Below, piece by piece: positions 50,948 through 63,605 of a DNA stretch of 64,000 bases. A program made the position numbers and the translations under genes. The notes below the pieces were generated by a model. The model made no database searches. It had not been told where the DNA came from and saw only the letters and a list, made by a program, of their open reading frames with translations. How positions within the stretch are numbered: position 1 is the stretch's first letter; the number at the start of each line of letters is the position of its first letter. This DNA comes from Chrysemys picta bellii (taxonomy: Eukaryota). The stretch spans positions 86,552,001-86,616,000 of the forward strand of contig NC_088798.1 of the NCBI RefSeq assembly GCF_011386835.1, read 5' to 3'.

Positions 50948-52889
50948 TTAACTCTTATTGAAGGCCAGCCTTCTGATGCTTGGGCAATCAACTGGGGTGG
51001 AGTGGCTGGGTGACCAGAGGCCTCCCCACCACGTTCTTGGGCGTCTAGGTGAGGAGGCTATGGAATTTGGGGAGGAGGGCTGTAGCGGCGGTCTCTGCTC
51101 CTGCTGCCTTTCCTGCAGCTCTACCATACGCTGGAGCATATCACTTTGATGCTACAGCAGCCGGAGCATCGACTCTTGCCTTCTGTCAAGCTGACACCAC
51201 CTATCCTCTTCAGCTCGCCACTTGCTCTCTTCAGCCCGTGATTCAGCCCGCCACCTCTCCTCTCGTTCATATTGTGCTTTTTTGCACTCTGACATTGACT
51301 GCCTCCATGCATTCTGCTGTGCTCTGTCAGCGTGGGAGGACATCTGGAGCTCCGAGAACATATCATCCCGAGTCCGCCGTTTTCTCCTTCTAATCTTCAC
51401 TAGCCTCTGTGAAGGAGAAACATTTGCAGCTGGGGGAGGAGAAGGGAAAGGTGGTTAAAAAAGACACATTTTAGAGAACAATGGGTACACTCTTTCACGT
51501 TAAATTTTGCTGTTCACATTACACAGCACATGTGCTTTCGTTACAAGGTCGCATTTTTCCTCTTATATTGAGGGCCTGCCGGTTCGGTGTGAGAGATCAC
51601 TCACGCAGTGCCAAGCAACAGATTTCGGCTTGCAGGCAGCCATGGTAAGCCACAGTCTTTTGGCTTTTTTAACCTTCTTAACATGTGGGAATAGTTTCAA
51701 ACAGTAGCACCCTCATTTCCCATATCAAGCACCCCTTGGGTTGGCCATTTAAAATGGGTTTGCAATGTAAAAGGAGGGGGCTGCGGTTTCCGGGTTAACA
51801 TGAAGCACAAACCCAACTACCCCTTAACACACACCCAATTCTCTGGGATGATCACTTCACCCCTCCCCCCTACTGCGTGGCTAACAGCGGGGAACATTTC
51901 TGTTCAGCCGAGCAGGAACGGGCACTTCTGAATGTCCCCTTAATAAAATCACCCCATTTCAACCAGGTGACCATGAATGATATCACTCTCCTGAGGATAA
52001 CAAAGGGAGATAAGGAATGGATGTTGTCTCCATGCCAGCAAACACCGGAACCATACACTGCTATGCTTTGTTATGCAATGATTCCAGACTATGTGCTACT
52101 GGCCTGGCATGGTAAAGTAGCCTACCATGGCGGACAGGATAAGGCAGCCCTCTCCAGAAACCTTTTGCAAAGGCTTTGGGAGTACATGAAGGAGAGCTTT
52201 CTGGAGATGTCCCTGGAGGATTTCCGCTCCATCCCCATACACGTTAACAGACTTTTCCAGTAGCCGTACTGGCCGCGATTGCCAGGGCAAATTAATCATT
52301 AATCATTAAACACGCTTGCTTTTAAACCATGTGTAATATTTACAAAGGTACACTCACCAGAGGTCCCTTGTGTGTCCTCAGGGTCTGGGAGCGCGCCTTG
52401 GGTGAGTTCAGGGGTTACTGGTTCCAGGTCCAGGGTGATAAACATATCCTGGCTGTTGGGGAAACCAGTTTCTCCGCTTCCTTGCTGTGAGCTATCTTCC
52501 TCGTACCCCGAACCCACTTCCCTGTTGCGTGATTCTCCATTGATGGAGTCAAAGCACACAGGTGGGGTAGTGATGGCTGCACCCCCTAGCATGGCATGCA
52601 GCTCCACATAGAAGCGGCATGTTTGCAGCTCTGCCCCGGACCTTCCATTTGCTTCTCTGGCTTTGTGGTAGGCTTGCCTTAGCTCCTTAATTTTCACGTG
52701 GCACTGCTGTGCGTCCCTGTTATGGCCTCTGTCCTTCATGGCCTTTGAGACTTTTTCTAATATTTTGCCATTTCGTTTACTGCTACGGAGTTCAGCTAGC
52801 ACTGATTCATCTCCCCATATGGCGAGCAGATCCCGTACCTCCCATTCTGTCCATGCTGGAGCTCTTTTGCAATCCTGGGACTCCATCAT
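50948..52889 (-). pseudogene. Harbinger Myb/SANT-like DNA-binding protein gene, 2 exons (52358-52889, 50948-51429), with a premature stop
   Basis: Exon 1 MMESQDCKRAPAWTEWEVRDLLAIWG...QQCHVKIKELRQAY (trihelix/SANT) ends GTS-G|gtgagt; acceptor ctcccccag|; exon 2 reads AANVSPSQRLVKIRRRKRR... with an in-frame TAG at 51152-51154, then continues HQSDMLQRMVELQ... to the stop at 50948. Confidence 0.85.
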
Positions 52890-55609
52890 GGTTACCTGTG
52901 CTGATGAGCTGGGCAAACAGGAAATGAAATTCAAAAGTTCGCGGGGCTTTTCCTGTCTACCTGGTCAGTGTATCTGAGTTGAGAATGCTGTCCAGAGCGG
53001 TCACAATGAAGCACTGTGGAATAGCTCCCGGAGGCCAATAATGTCAAATTCCGTCCACTCTACTCCAAATCTGACCCGCAAAGGCCAATTTTAGCACTAA
53101 TCCCCTCATCGAAGGTGGAGTAAAGAAACCAGTTTAAAGGGCCCTTTAAGTCGAAAAAAAGGGCTTCGTCGTGTGGATGTGTCCAGGCTTAATTCGATTT
53201 AACGCTGCTAAATTCGACCTAAACTCATAGTGTAGACCAGGCCAAAGAATCATTTCACTGCAAGGGAAGGTTTGGTATATTTGGAGTTGCTGTTTGCACA
53301 TTCATTGCTTCAAAAGTCCTGTGTGAAATCACTGAAACTCAAAATACAAGTTGTATTGGTCAGTATCATCTGTTCCATTAGGCCACATGGTTATGTTTCT
53401 GTTTACTGATTGGATGAATGTAACTTCAAATCAGCTTTCTCCTACAAACCCTTATGTTTACGATTAAAAATCAGCAAACACTATTGCAATGGCTCATTAG
53501 TACAAGAAAAATATACAAAATCTATAAAGGAAGCATTCAGAAATGCCAATGTCATCTGAAGGACAAATCACTGGCCCATGTTGATACAATGCTTAAAATA
53601 GCATTTCTATATATGTTTCTTTTTAAATAATATTTTTGTTTTCGTTATGAATCAGTCAATACTTTCCATAGCATAATATGAATCCATATATTCAGTCTGT
53701 CCATGTGATTTTTAAGTGACTTGAGTAGGAATTACTTGGAGGAGGACTGTAACTTGAATTCAAGAGTACAGAGCATACTAAAGTAAAGAATCTTGAGTAT
53801 TCATTGTGTCATCTTTCTATTTTATGGTTAGACTTTGAATTCAGTTGATTCAAGTGCTGGTCCAAGGAACAAATATATTTTTATGGTGATGGGCTCATAA
53901 CTGATTCACTTGATCCTAGTACTTTGAATGGTTTCAAAATTTCTTCCTGTTCCTTTTATATTGTTCTCTTATGTTTATGGTAACATCTCCAGAGCAATGG
54001 TATCCTTTACCTGAAATTCTTTATGCACCGATCTATCCATGTGCCCTGCCACATATATCATTATTTTTTTGTCTAAAATAATTTTGTTCTGCACAGAAAC
54101 CCAGCATTAAGTTTTTTGGATCATACATAGCTGTTTCCTTAGTGACCTTAACGACTCTTTTTAACACTTGGTATCAGAAATATTTTTCCCCACAACAATA
54201 TATGCCAGTAGATCTACACATTGTATATGTCCAGCATGTACATACACACAAGCACATCCTGAGATTTTATAAGGTGCTGAGCAAATCAAGGGGAGTTCTG
54301 AGAGCTCTGCACTTCTAAAAATGAAACCAGTTTTATTTAGCTTCAGGCACCCAAGTTTTAATACAGTTACTTTTTGTAATTCTCATTTCCAGCAGCAGCT
54401 CAGGTCAGCGCTCACCACGCATGTTGGAGTAATTCCTTTCCACCTGATGCATCTGTAAGCTCTTGCAAATTTACCCGAGTCTAAGATGGTTCTTGACCCA
54501 TCCAGCCACATTTTCCATTTAACTTTTCCAAAAATACTCCCTAGACACATTTTACAATCTGTTATCCCCATAAAATAATTAAGCTTCCTTTTCTCTGCAA
54601 TGGCTATTGCTAAACAATATAGAAAACCTCAAAATTCTGAGATTATCCTGCTGGCAAAATTGAAATGATCTACCAAAAATTACATCCTTTTTTTAAGTGT
54701 AACTTTCTGCCCTTCCACTTTTCCCACTAGGCTCTTTAACATCTCTGTAAAGTTTCCTCTAAAAGATGTTTTTTTTCTCCTTTGTTTTCAAGAATCTAAC
54801 ACAATTAAAGTATCCTTGAAGATGAAACTAAGGAAAATAAATTAGGAAATTAATACCATGATCCAATAAACCATCAGACATTGAACACAACTAGGTATCA
54901 GTAAAATCATTAGCTGAGCCACAATGAAGAGAATATAGGATATAATTTAACCTAACATCTCCAGTGTCCTTTTAAGAACCATCTCATGTCCTCCAGTGCA
55001 ACTCCAAATGAACCTCCTTTTTGCCCCTATCTTATTTCCTGTTCTATTTTCTTTCCATCTACTTTGGAAATGATTAGGCCCTATATCCACAAATATGCCA
55101 ATATGGATGCTAATAGTTACTGAGGGAAAATTAGACTTGGAGTGGACCAAGCTTACAATGATATGTGCATAGATCGATCATTGACACTGATGGAAGTTTT
55201 CAGGTGGATTAAGGACAGAGTATATGACTCTTTGGGATACATTTTAAATATTTAGGGCTATATCCACAAAAGGGTTTGTGCACCTACCTGTCATATTAGG
55301 CATATTAGATCAACCTCCCCCCTCCTCCTCACTGAACTGCAACTTAATCTTATTGACACCTAAAGTCCCCTAGGTGCCTAAATTTCTGCTCGTGGGCATG
55401 CCAAAAGCAGCCTATGTCTTCATGTCCAGCTGATGTCTAAGTCTCGACAGCATCCGCAAATTAAATGTTGCCCCCTCCACTCTGCCTGTGGGGCCCAATT
55501 CAGTAATGTTCAGAGCACGCCTACTGGATGGGTCCTCACCTAAAACAGAAACGGAGGTGGTGTTGCTCCCTCCACCCCCCATTATAACTTACGTACAGTG
55601 GTTAGAGTG

Positions 55610-58424
55610 GTTTAAAAGCACACTGGCGCAGTTTACTGACTCGGATAGACCTCAGCGAAGCCAATATTCCAATTGTTATTGCTGCTTGCTGTGCGCTCCA
55701 CAATATCTGTGAGAGTAAGAGGGAGACATTTATGGCGGGGTGGGAGGTTGAGGCAAATTGCCTAGCTGCTGATTATGCGCAGCCAGACACCAGGGCGGTT
55801 AGAAGAGTACAGCAGGGCACGGTGCGCATCAGAGAAGCTTTGAAAACCAGTTTTGTGACTGGCCAGGCTACGGTGTGAAACTTATGTTTGTTTCTCCTTG
55901 ATGAACCCTCCCCCCACCCCCGGTTCACTCTACTTCCCTGTAAGCTAACCACCCTCCCCTCCCCCCTTCGAGCACCGCTTGCAGAGGCAATAAAGTCATT
56001 GTTACTTCACATTCATGCATTCTTTATTAATTCATCACACAACTAGGGGGATAACTGCCAAGGTAGCCTGGGAGGGGTGGGGGAGGAGGGAAGGACAAGG
56101 ACACACAGCAGTTTAAAACTTTAAAACTTTAACTCTTATTGAAGGCCAGCCTTCTGATGCTTGGGCAATCAACTGGGGTGGAGTGGCTGGGTGACCAGAG
56201 GCCTCCCCACCACGTTCTTGGGCGTCTAGGTGAGGAGGCTATGGAATTTGGGGAGGAGGGCTGTAGCGGCGGTCTCTGCTCCTGCTGCCTTTCCTGCAGC
56301 TCTACCATACGCTGGAGCATATCACTTTGATGCTACAGCAGCCGGAGCATCGACTCTTGCCTTCTGTCAAGCTGACACCACCTATCCTCTTCAGCTCGCC
56401 ACTTGCTCTCTTCAGCCCGTGATTCAGCCCGCCACCTCTCCTCTCGTTCATATTGTGCTTTTTTGCACTCTGACATTGACTGCCTCCATGCATTCTGCTG
56501 TGCTCTGTCAGCGTGGGAGGACATCTGGAGCTCCGAGAACATATCATCCCGAGTCCGCCGTTTTCTCCTTCTAATCTTCACTAGCCTCTGTGAAGGAGAA
56601 ACATTTGCAGCTGGGGGAGGAGAAGGGAAAGGTGGTTAAAAAAGACACATTTTAGAGAACAATGGGTACACTCTTTCACGTTAAATTTTGCTGTTCACAT
56701 TACACAGCACATGTGCTTTCGTTACAAGGTCGCATTTTTCCTCTTATATTGAGGGCCTGCCGGTTCGGTGTGAGAGATCACTCACGCAGTGCCAAGCAAC
56801 AGATTTCGGCTTGCAGGCAGCCATGGTAAGCCACAGTCTTTTGGCTTTTTTAACCTTCTTAACATGTGGGAATAGTTTCAAACAGTAGCACCCTCATTTC
56901 CCATATCAAGCACCCCTTGGGTTGGCCATTTAAAATGGGTTTGCAATGTAAAAGGAGGGGGCTGCGGTTTCCGGGTTAACATGAAGCACAAACCCAACTA
57001 CCCCTTAACACACACCCAATTCTCTGGGATGATCACTTCACCCCTCCCCCCTACTGCGTGGCTAACAGCGGGGAACATTTCTGTTCAGCCGAGCAGGAAC
57101 GGGCACTTCTGAATGTCCCCTTAATAAAATCACCCCATTTCAACCAGGTGACCATGAATGATATCACTCTCCTGAGGATAACAAAGGGAGATAAGGAATG
57201 GATGTTGTCTCCATGCCAGCAAACACCGGAACCATACACTGCTATGCTTTGTTATGCAATGATTCCAGACTATGTGCTACTGGCCTGGCATGGTAAAGTA
57301 GCCTACCATGGCGGACAGGATAAGGCAGCCCTCTCCAGAAACCTTTTGCAAAGGCTTTGGGAGTACATGAAGGAGAGCTTTCTGGAGATGTCCCTGGAGG
57401 ATTTCCGCTCCATCCCCATACACGTTAACAGACTTTTCCAGTAGCCGTACTGGCCGCGATTGCCAGGGCAAATTAATCATTAATCATTAAACACGCTTGC
57501 TTTTAAACCATGTGTAATATTTACAAAGGTACACTCACCAGAGGTCCCTTGTGTGTCCTCAGGGTCTGGGAGCGCGCCTTGGGTGAGTTCAGGGGTTACT
57601 GGTTCCAGGTCCAGGGTGATAAACATATCCTGGCTGTTGGGGAAACCAGTTTCTCCGCTTCCTTGCTGTGAGCTATCTTCCTCGTACCCCGAACCCACTT
57701 CCCTGTTGCGTGATTCTCCATTGATGGAGTCAAAGCACACAGGTGGGGTAGTGATGGCTGCACCCCCTAGCATGGCATGCAGCTCCACATAGAAGCGGCA
57801 TGTTTGCAGCTCTGCCCCGGACCTTCCATTTGCTTCTCTGGCTTTGTGGTAGGCTTGCCTTAGCTCCTTAATTTTCACGTGGCACTGCTGTGCGTCCCTG
57901 TTATGGCCTCTGTCCTTCATGGCCTTTGAGACTTTTTCTAATATTTTGCCATTTCGTTTACTGCTACGGAGTTCAGCTAGCACTGATTCATCTCCCCATA
58001 TGGCGAGCAGATCCCGTACCTCCCATTCTGTCCATGCTGGAGCTCTTTTGCAATCCTGGGACTCCATCATGGTTACCTGTGCTGATGAGCTGGGCAAACA
58101 GGAAATGAAATTCAAAAGTTCGCGGGGCTTTTCCTGTCTACCTGGTCAGTGTATCTGAGTTGAGAATGCTGTCCAGAGCGGTCACAATGAAGCACTGTGG
58201 AATAGCTCCCGGAGGCCAATAATGTCAAATTCCGTCCACTCTACTCCAAATCTGACCCGCAAAGGCCAATTTTAGCACTAATCCCCTCATCGAAGGTGGA
58301 GTAAAGAAACCAGTTTAAAGGGCCCTTTAAGTCGAAAAAAAGGGCTTCGTCGTGTGGATGTGTCCAGGCTTAATTCGATTTAACGCTGCTAAATTCGACC
58401 TAAACTCATAGTGTAGACCAGGCC
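55610..58424 (+). mobile_element. 5'-truncated Harbinger copy 2 (transposase 3' tail, Myb gene, right TIR)
   Basis: Identical to 50429-53243; no left TIR. Confidence 0.93.
56129..58070 (-). pseudogene. Myb/SANT-like gene copy 2 (exons 57539-58070, 56129-56610), same premature stop
   Basis: Translations identical to copy 1. Confidence 0.83.
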
Positions 58425-60790
58425 AAAGAATCATTTCACTGCAAGGGAAGGTTTGGTATATTTGGAGTTGCTGTTTGCACATTCATTGCTTCAAAAGTCC
58501 TGTGTGAAATCACTGAAACTCAAAATACAAGTTGTATTGGTCAGTATCATCTGTTCCATTAGGCCACATGGTTATGTTTCTGTTTACTGATTGGATGAAT
58601 GTAACTTCAAATCAGCTTTCTCCTACAAACCCTTATGTTTACGATTAAAAATCAGCAAACACTATTGCAATGGCTCATTAGTACAAGAAAAATATACAAA
58701 ATCTATAAAGGAAGCATTCAGAAATGCCAATGTCATCTGAAGGACAAATCACTGGCCCATGTTGATACAATGCTTAAAATAGCATTTCTATATATGTTTC
58801 TTTTTAAATAATATTTTTGTTTTCGTTATGAATCAGTCAATACTTTCCATAGCATAATATGAATCCATATATTCAGTCTGTCCATGTGATTTTTAAGTGA
58901 CTTGAGTAGGAATTACTTGGAGGAGGACTGTAACTTGAATTCAAGAGTACAGAGCATACTAAAGTAAAGAATCTTGAGTATTCATTGTGTCATCTTTCTA
59001 TTTTATGGTTAGACTTTGAATTCAGTTGATTCAAGTGCTGGTCCAAGGAACAAATATATTTTTATGGTGATGGGCTCATAACTGATTCACTTGATCCTAG
59101 TACTTTGAATGGTTTCAAAATTTCTTCCTGTTCCTTTTATATTGTTCTCTTATGTTTATGGTAACATCTCCAGAGCAATGGTATCCTTTACCTGAAATTC
59201 TTTATGCACCGATCTATCCATGTGCCCTGCCACATATATCATTATTTTTTTGTCTAAAATAATTTTGTTCTGCACAGAAACCCAGCATTAAGTTTTTTGG
59301 ATCATACATAGCTGTTTCCTTAGTGACCTTAACGACTCTTTTTAACACTTGGTATCAGAAATATTTTTCCCCACAACAATATATGCCAGTAGATCTACAC
59401 ATTGTATATGTCCAGCATGTACATACACACAAGCACATCCTGAGATTTTATAAGGTGCTGAGCAAATCAAGGGGAGTTCTGAGAGCTCTGCACTTCTAAA
59501 AATGAAACCAGTTTTATTTAGCTTCAGGCACCCAAGTTTTAATACAGTTACTTTTTGTAATTCTCATTTCCAGCAGCAGCTCAGGTCAGCGCTCACCACG
59601 CATGTTGGAGTAATTCCTTTCCACCTGATGCATCTGTAAGCTCTTGCAAATTTACCCGAGTCTAAGATGGTTCTTGACCCATCCAGCCACATTTTCCATT
59701 TAACTTTTCCAAAAATACTCCCTAGACACATTTTACAATCTGTTATCCCCATAAAATAATTAAGCTTCCTTTTCTCTGCAATGGCTATTGCTAAACAATA
59801 TAGAAAACCTCAAAATTCTGAGATTATCCTGCTGGCAAAATTGAAATGATCTACCAAAAATTACATCCTTTTTTTAAGTGTAACTTTCTGCCCTTCCACT
59901 TTTCCCACTAGGCTCTTTAACATCTCTGTAAAGTTTCCTCTAAAAGATGTTTTTTTTCTCCTTTGTTTTCAAGAATCTAACACAATTAAAGTATCCTTGA
60001 AGATGAAACTAAGGAAAATAAATTAGGAAATTAATACCATGATCCAATAAACCATCAGACATTGAACACAACTAGGTATCAGTAAAATCATTAGCTGAGC
60101 CACAATGAAGAGAATATAGGATATAATTTAACCTAACATCTCCAGTGTCCTTTTAAGAACCATCTCATGTCCTCCAGTGCAACTCCAAATGAACCTCCTT
60201 TTTGCCCCTATCTTATTTCCTGTTCTATTTTCTTTCCATCTACTTTGGAAATGATTAGGCCCTATATCCACAAATATGCCAATATGGATGCTAATAGTTA
60301 CTGAGGGAAAATTAGACTTGGAGTGGACCAAGCTTACAATGATATGTGCATAGATCGATCATTGACACTGATGGAAGTTTTCAGGTGGATTAAGGACAGA
60401 GTATATGACTCTTTGGGATACATTTTAAATATTTAGGGCTATATCCACAAAAGGGTTTGTGCACCTACCTGTCATATTAGGCATATTAGATCAACCTCCC
60501 CCCTCCTCCTCACTGAACTGCAACTTAATCTTATTGACACCTAAAGTCCCCTAGGTGCCTAAATTTCTGCTCGTGGGCATGCCAAAAGCAGCCTATGTCT
60601 TCATGTCCAGCTGATGTCTAAGTCTCGACAGCATCCGCAAATTAAATGTTGCCCCCTCCACTCTGCCTGTGGGGCCCAATTCAGTAATGTTCAGAGCACG
60701 CCTACTGGATGGGTCCTCACCTAAAACAGAAACGGAGGTGGTGTTGCTCCCTCCACCCCCCATTATAACTTACGTACAGTGGTTAGAGTG

Positions 60791-63605
60791 GTTTAAAAGC
60801 ACACTGGCGCAGTTTACTGACTCGGATAGACCTCAGCGAAGCCAATATTCCAATTGTTATTGCTGCTTGCTGTGCGCTCCACAATATCTGTGAGAGTAAG
60901 AGGGAGACATTTATGGCGGGGTGGGAGGTTGAGGCAAATTGCCTAGCTGCTGATTATGCGCAGCCAGACACCAGGGCGGTTAGAAGAGTACAGCAGGGCA
61001 CGGTGCGCATCAGAGAAGCTTTGAAAACCAGTTTTGTGACTGGCCAGGCTACGGTGTGAAACTTATGTTTGTTTCTCCTTGATGAACCCTCCCCCCACCC
61101 CCGGTTCACTCTACTTCCCTGTAAGCTAACCACCCTCCCCTCCCCCCTTCGAGCACCGCTTGCAGAGGCAATAAAGTCATTGTTACTTCACATTCATGCA
61201 TTCTTTATTAATTCATCACACAACTAGGGGGATAACTGCCAAGGTAGCCTGGGAGGGGTGGGGGAGGAGGGAAGGACAAGGACACACAGCAGTTTAAAAC
61301 TTTAAAACTTTAACTCTTATTGAAGGCCAGCCTTCTGATGCTTGGGCAATCAACTGGGGTGGAGTGGCTGGGTGACCAGAGGCCTCCCCACCACGTTCTT
61401 GGGCGTCTAGGTGAGGAGGCTATGGAATTTGGGGAGGAGGGCTGTAGCGGCGGTCTCTGCTCCTGCTGCCTTTCCTGCAGCTCTACCATACGCTGGAGCA
61501 TATCACTTTGATGCTACAGCAGCCGGAGCATCGACTCTTGCCTTCTGTCAAGCTGACACCACCTATCCTCTTCAGCTCGCCACTTGCTCTCTTCAGCCCG
61601 TGATTCAGCCCGCCACCTCTCCTCTCGTTCATATTGTGCTTTTTTGCACTCTGACATTGACTGCCTCCATGCATTCTGCTGTGCTCTGTCAGCGTGGGAG
61701 GACATCTGGAGCTCCGAGAACATATCATCCCGAGTCCGCCGTTTTCTCCTTCTAATCTTCACTAGCCTCTGTGAAGGAGAAACATTTGCAGCTGGGGGAG
61801 GAGAAGGGAAAGGTGGTTAAAAAAGACACATTTTAGAGAACAATGGGTACACTCTTTCACGTTAAATTTTGCTGTTCACATTACACAGCACATGTGCTTT
61901 CGTTACAAGGTCGCATTTTTCCTCTTATATTGAGGGCCTGCCGGTTCGGTGTGAGAGATCACTCACGCAGTGCCAAGCAACAGATTTCGGCTTGCAGGCA
62001 GCCATGGTAAGCCACAGTCTTTTGGCTTTTTTAACCTTCTTAACATGTGGGAATAGTTTCAAACAGTAGCACCCTCATTTCCCATATCAAGCACCCCTTG
62101 GGTTGGCCATTTAAAATGGGTTTGCAATGTAAAAGGAGGGGGCTGCGGTTTCCGGGTTAACATGAAGCACAAACCCAACTACCCCTTAACACACACCCAA
62201 TTCTCTGGGATGATCACTTCACCCCTCCCCCCTACTGCGTGGCTAACAGCGGGGAACATTTCTGTTCAGCCGAGCAGGAACGGGCACTTCTGAATGTCCC
62301 CTTAATAAAATCACCCCATTTCAACCAGGTGACCATGAATGATATCACTCTCCTGAGGATAACAAAGGGAGATAAGGAATGGATGTTGTCTCCATGCCAG
62401 CAAACACCGGAACCATACACTGCTATGCTTTGTTATGCAATGATTCCAGACTATGTGCTACTGGCCTGGCATGGTAAAGTAGCCTACCATGGCGGACAGG
62501 ATAAGGCAGCCCTCTCCAGAAACCTTTTGCAAAGGCTTTGGGAGTACATGAAGGAGAGCTTTCTGGAGATGTCCCTGGAGGATTTCCGCTCCATCCCCAT
62601 ACACGTTAACAGACTTTTCCAGTAGCCGTACTGGCCGCGATTGCCAGGGCAAATTAATCATTAATCATTAAACACGCTTGCTTTTAAACCATGTGTAATA
62701 TTTACAAAGGTACACTCACCAGAGGTCCCTTGTGTGTCCTCAGGGTCTGGGAGCGCGCCTTGGGTGAGTTCAGGGGTTACTGGTTCCAGGTCCAGGGTGA
62801 TAAACATATCCTGGCTGTTGGGGAAACCAGTTTCTCCGCTTCCTTGCTGTGAGCTATCTTCCTCGTACCCCGAACCCACTTCCCTGTTGCGTGATTCTCC
62901 ATTGATGGAGTCAAAGCACACAGGTGGGGTAGTGATGGCTGCACCCCCTAGCATGGCATGCAGCTCCACATAGAAGCGGCATGTTTGCAGCTCTGCCCCG
63001 GACCTTCCATTTGCTTCTCTGGCTTTGTGGTAGGCTTGCCTTAGCTCCTTAATTTTCACGTGGCACTGCTGTGCGTCCCTGTTATGGCCTCTGTCCTTCA
63101 TGGCCTTTGAGACTTTTTCTAATATTTTGCCATTTCGTTTACTGCTACGGAGTTCAGCTAGCACTGATTCATCTCCCCATATGGCGAGCAGATCCCGTAC
63201 CTCCCATTCTGTCCATGCTGGAGCTCTTTTGCAATCCTGGGACTCCATCATGGTTACCTGTGCTGATGAGCTGGGCAAACAGGAAATGAAATTCAAAAGT
63301 TCGCGGGGCTTTTCCTGTCTACCTGGTCAGTGTATCTGAGTTGAGAATGCTGTCCAGAGCGGTCACAATGAAGCACTGTGGAATAGCTCCCGGAGGCCAA
63401 TAATGTCAAATTCCGTCCACTCTACTCCAAATCTGACCCGCAAAGGCCAATTTTAGCACTAATCCCCTCATCGAAGGTGGAGTAAAGAAACCAGTTTAAA
63501 GGGCCCTTTAAGTCGAAAAAAAGGGCTTCGTCGTGTGGATGTGTCCAGGCTTAATTCGATTTAACGCTGCTAAATTCGACCTAAACTCATAGTGTAGACC
63601 AGGCC
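60791..63605 (+). mobile_element. 5'-truncated Harbinger copy 3
   Basis: Identical to 50429-53243; no left TIR. Confidence 0.93.
61310..63251 (-). pseudogene. Myb/SANT-like gene copy 3 (exons 62720-63251, 61310-61791), same premature stop
   Basis: Translations identical to copy 1. Confidence 0.83.

Larger units (their letters stand above)
48414..53243 (+). mobile_element. Full-length PIF/Harbinger DNA transposon (4,830 bp, two-gene architecture)
   Basis: Imperfect 34-bp TIRs GGGTATGTCTACACTACGAAATTAGGTCGAATTT / revcomp GGCCTGGTCTACACTATGAGTTTAGGTCGAATTT; 3-bp TSD AAA; convergent transposase and Myb/SANT genes. Confidence 0.93.

Noticed and set aside
50958-52977. Several overlapping 60-115 aa ORFs (e.g. 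51049-51393, 52372-52611, 52709-52927, 52738-52977) and their tandem copies
   Set aside because: They are antisense or alternative-frame shadows of the Myb/SANT exons.
55488-55712. ORF spanning the tandem junction (also at 60669-60893), a possible chimeric host-transposase gene
   Set aside because: It reads the transposase DNA in a different frame; the transposase frame is closed by TAG at 55603-55605 just upstream of the junction.
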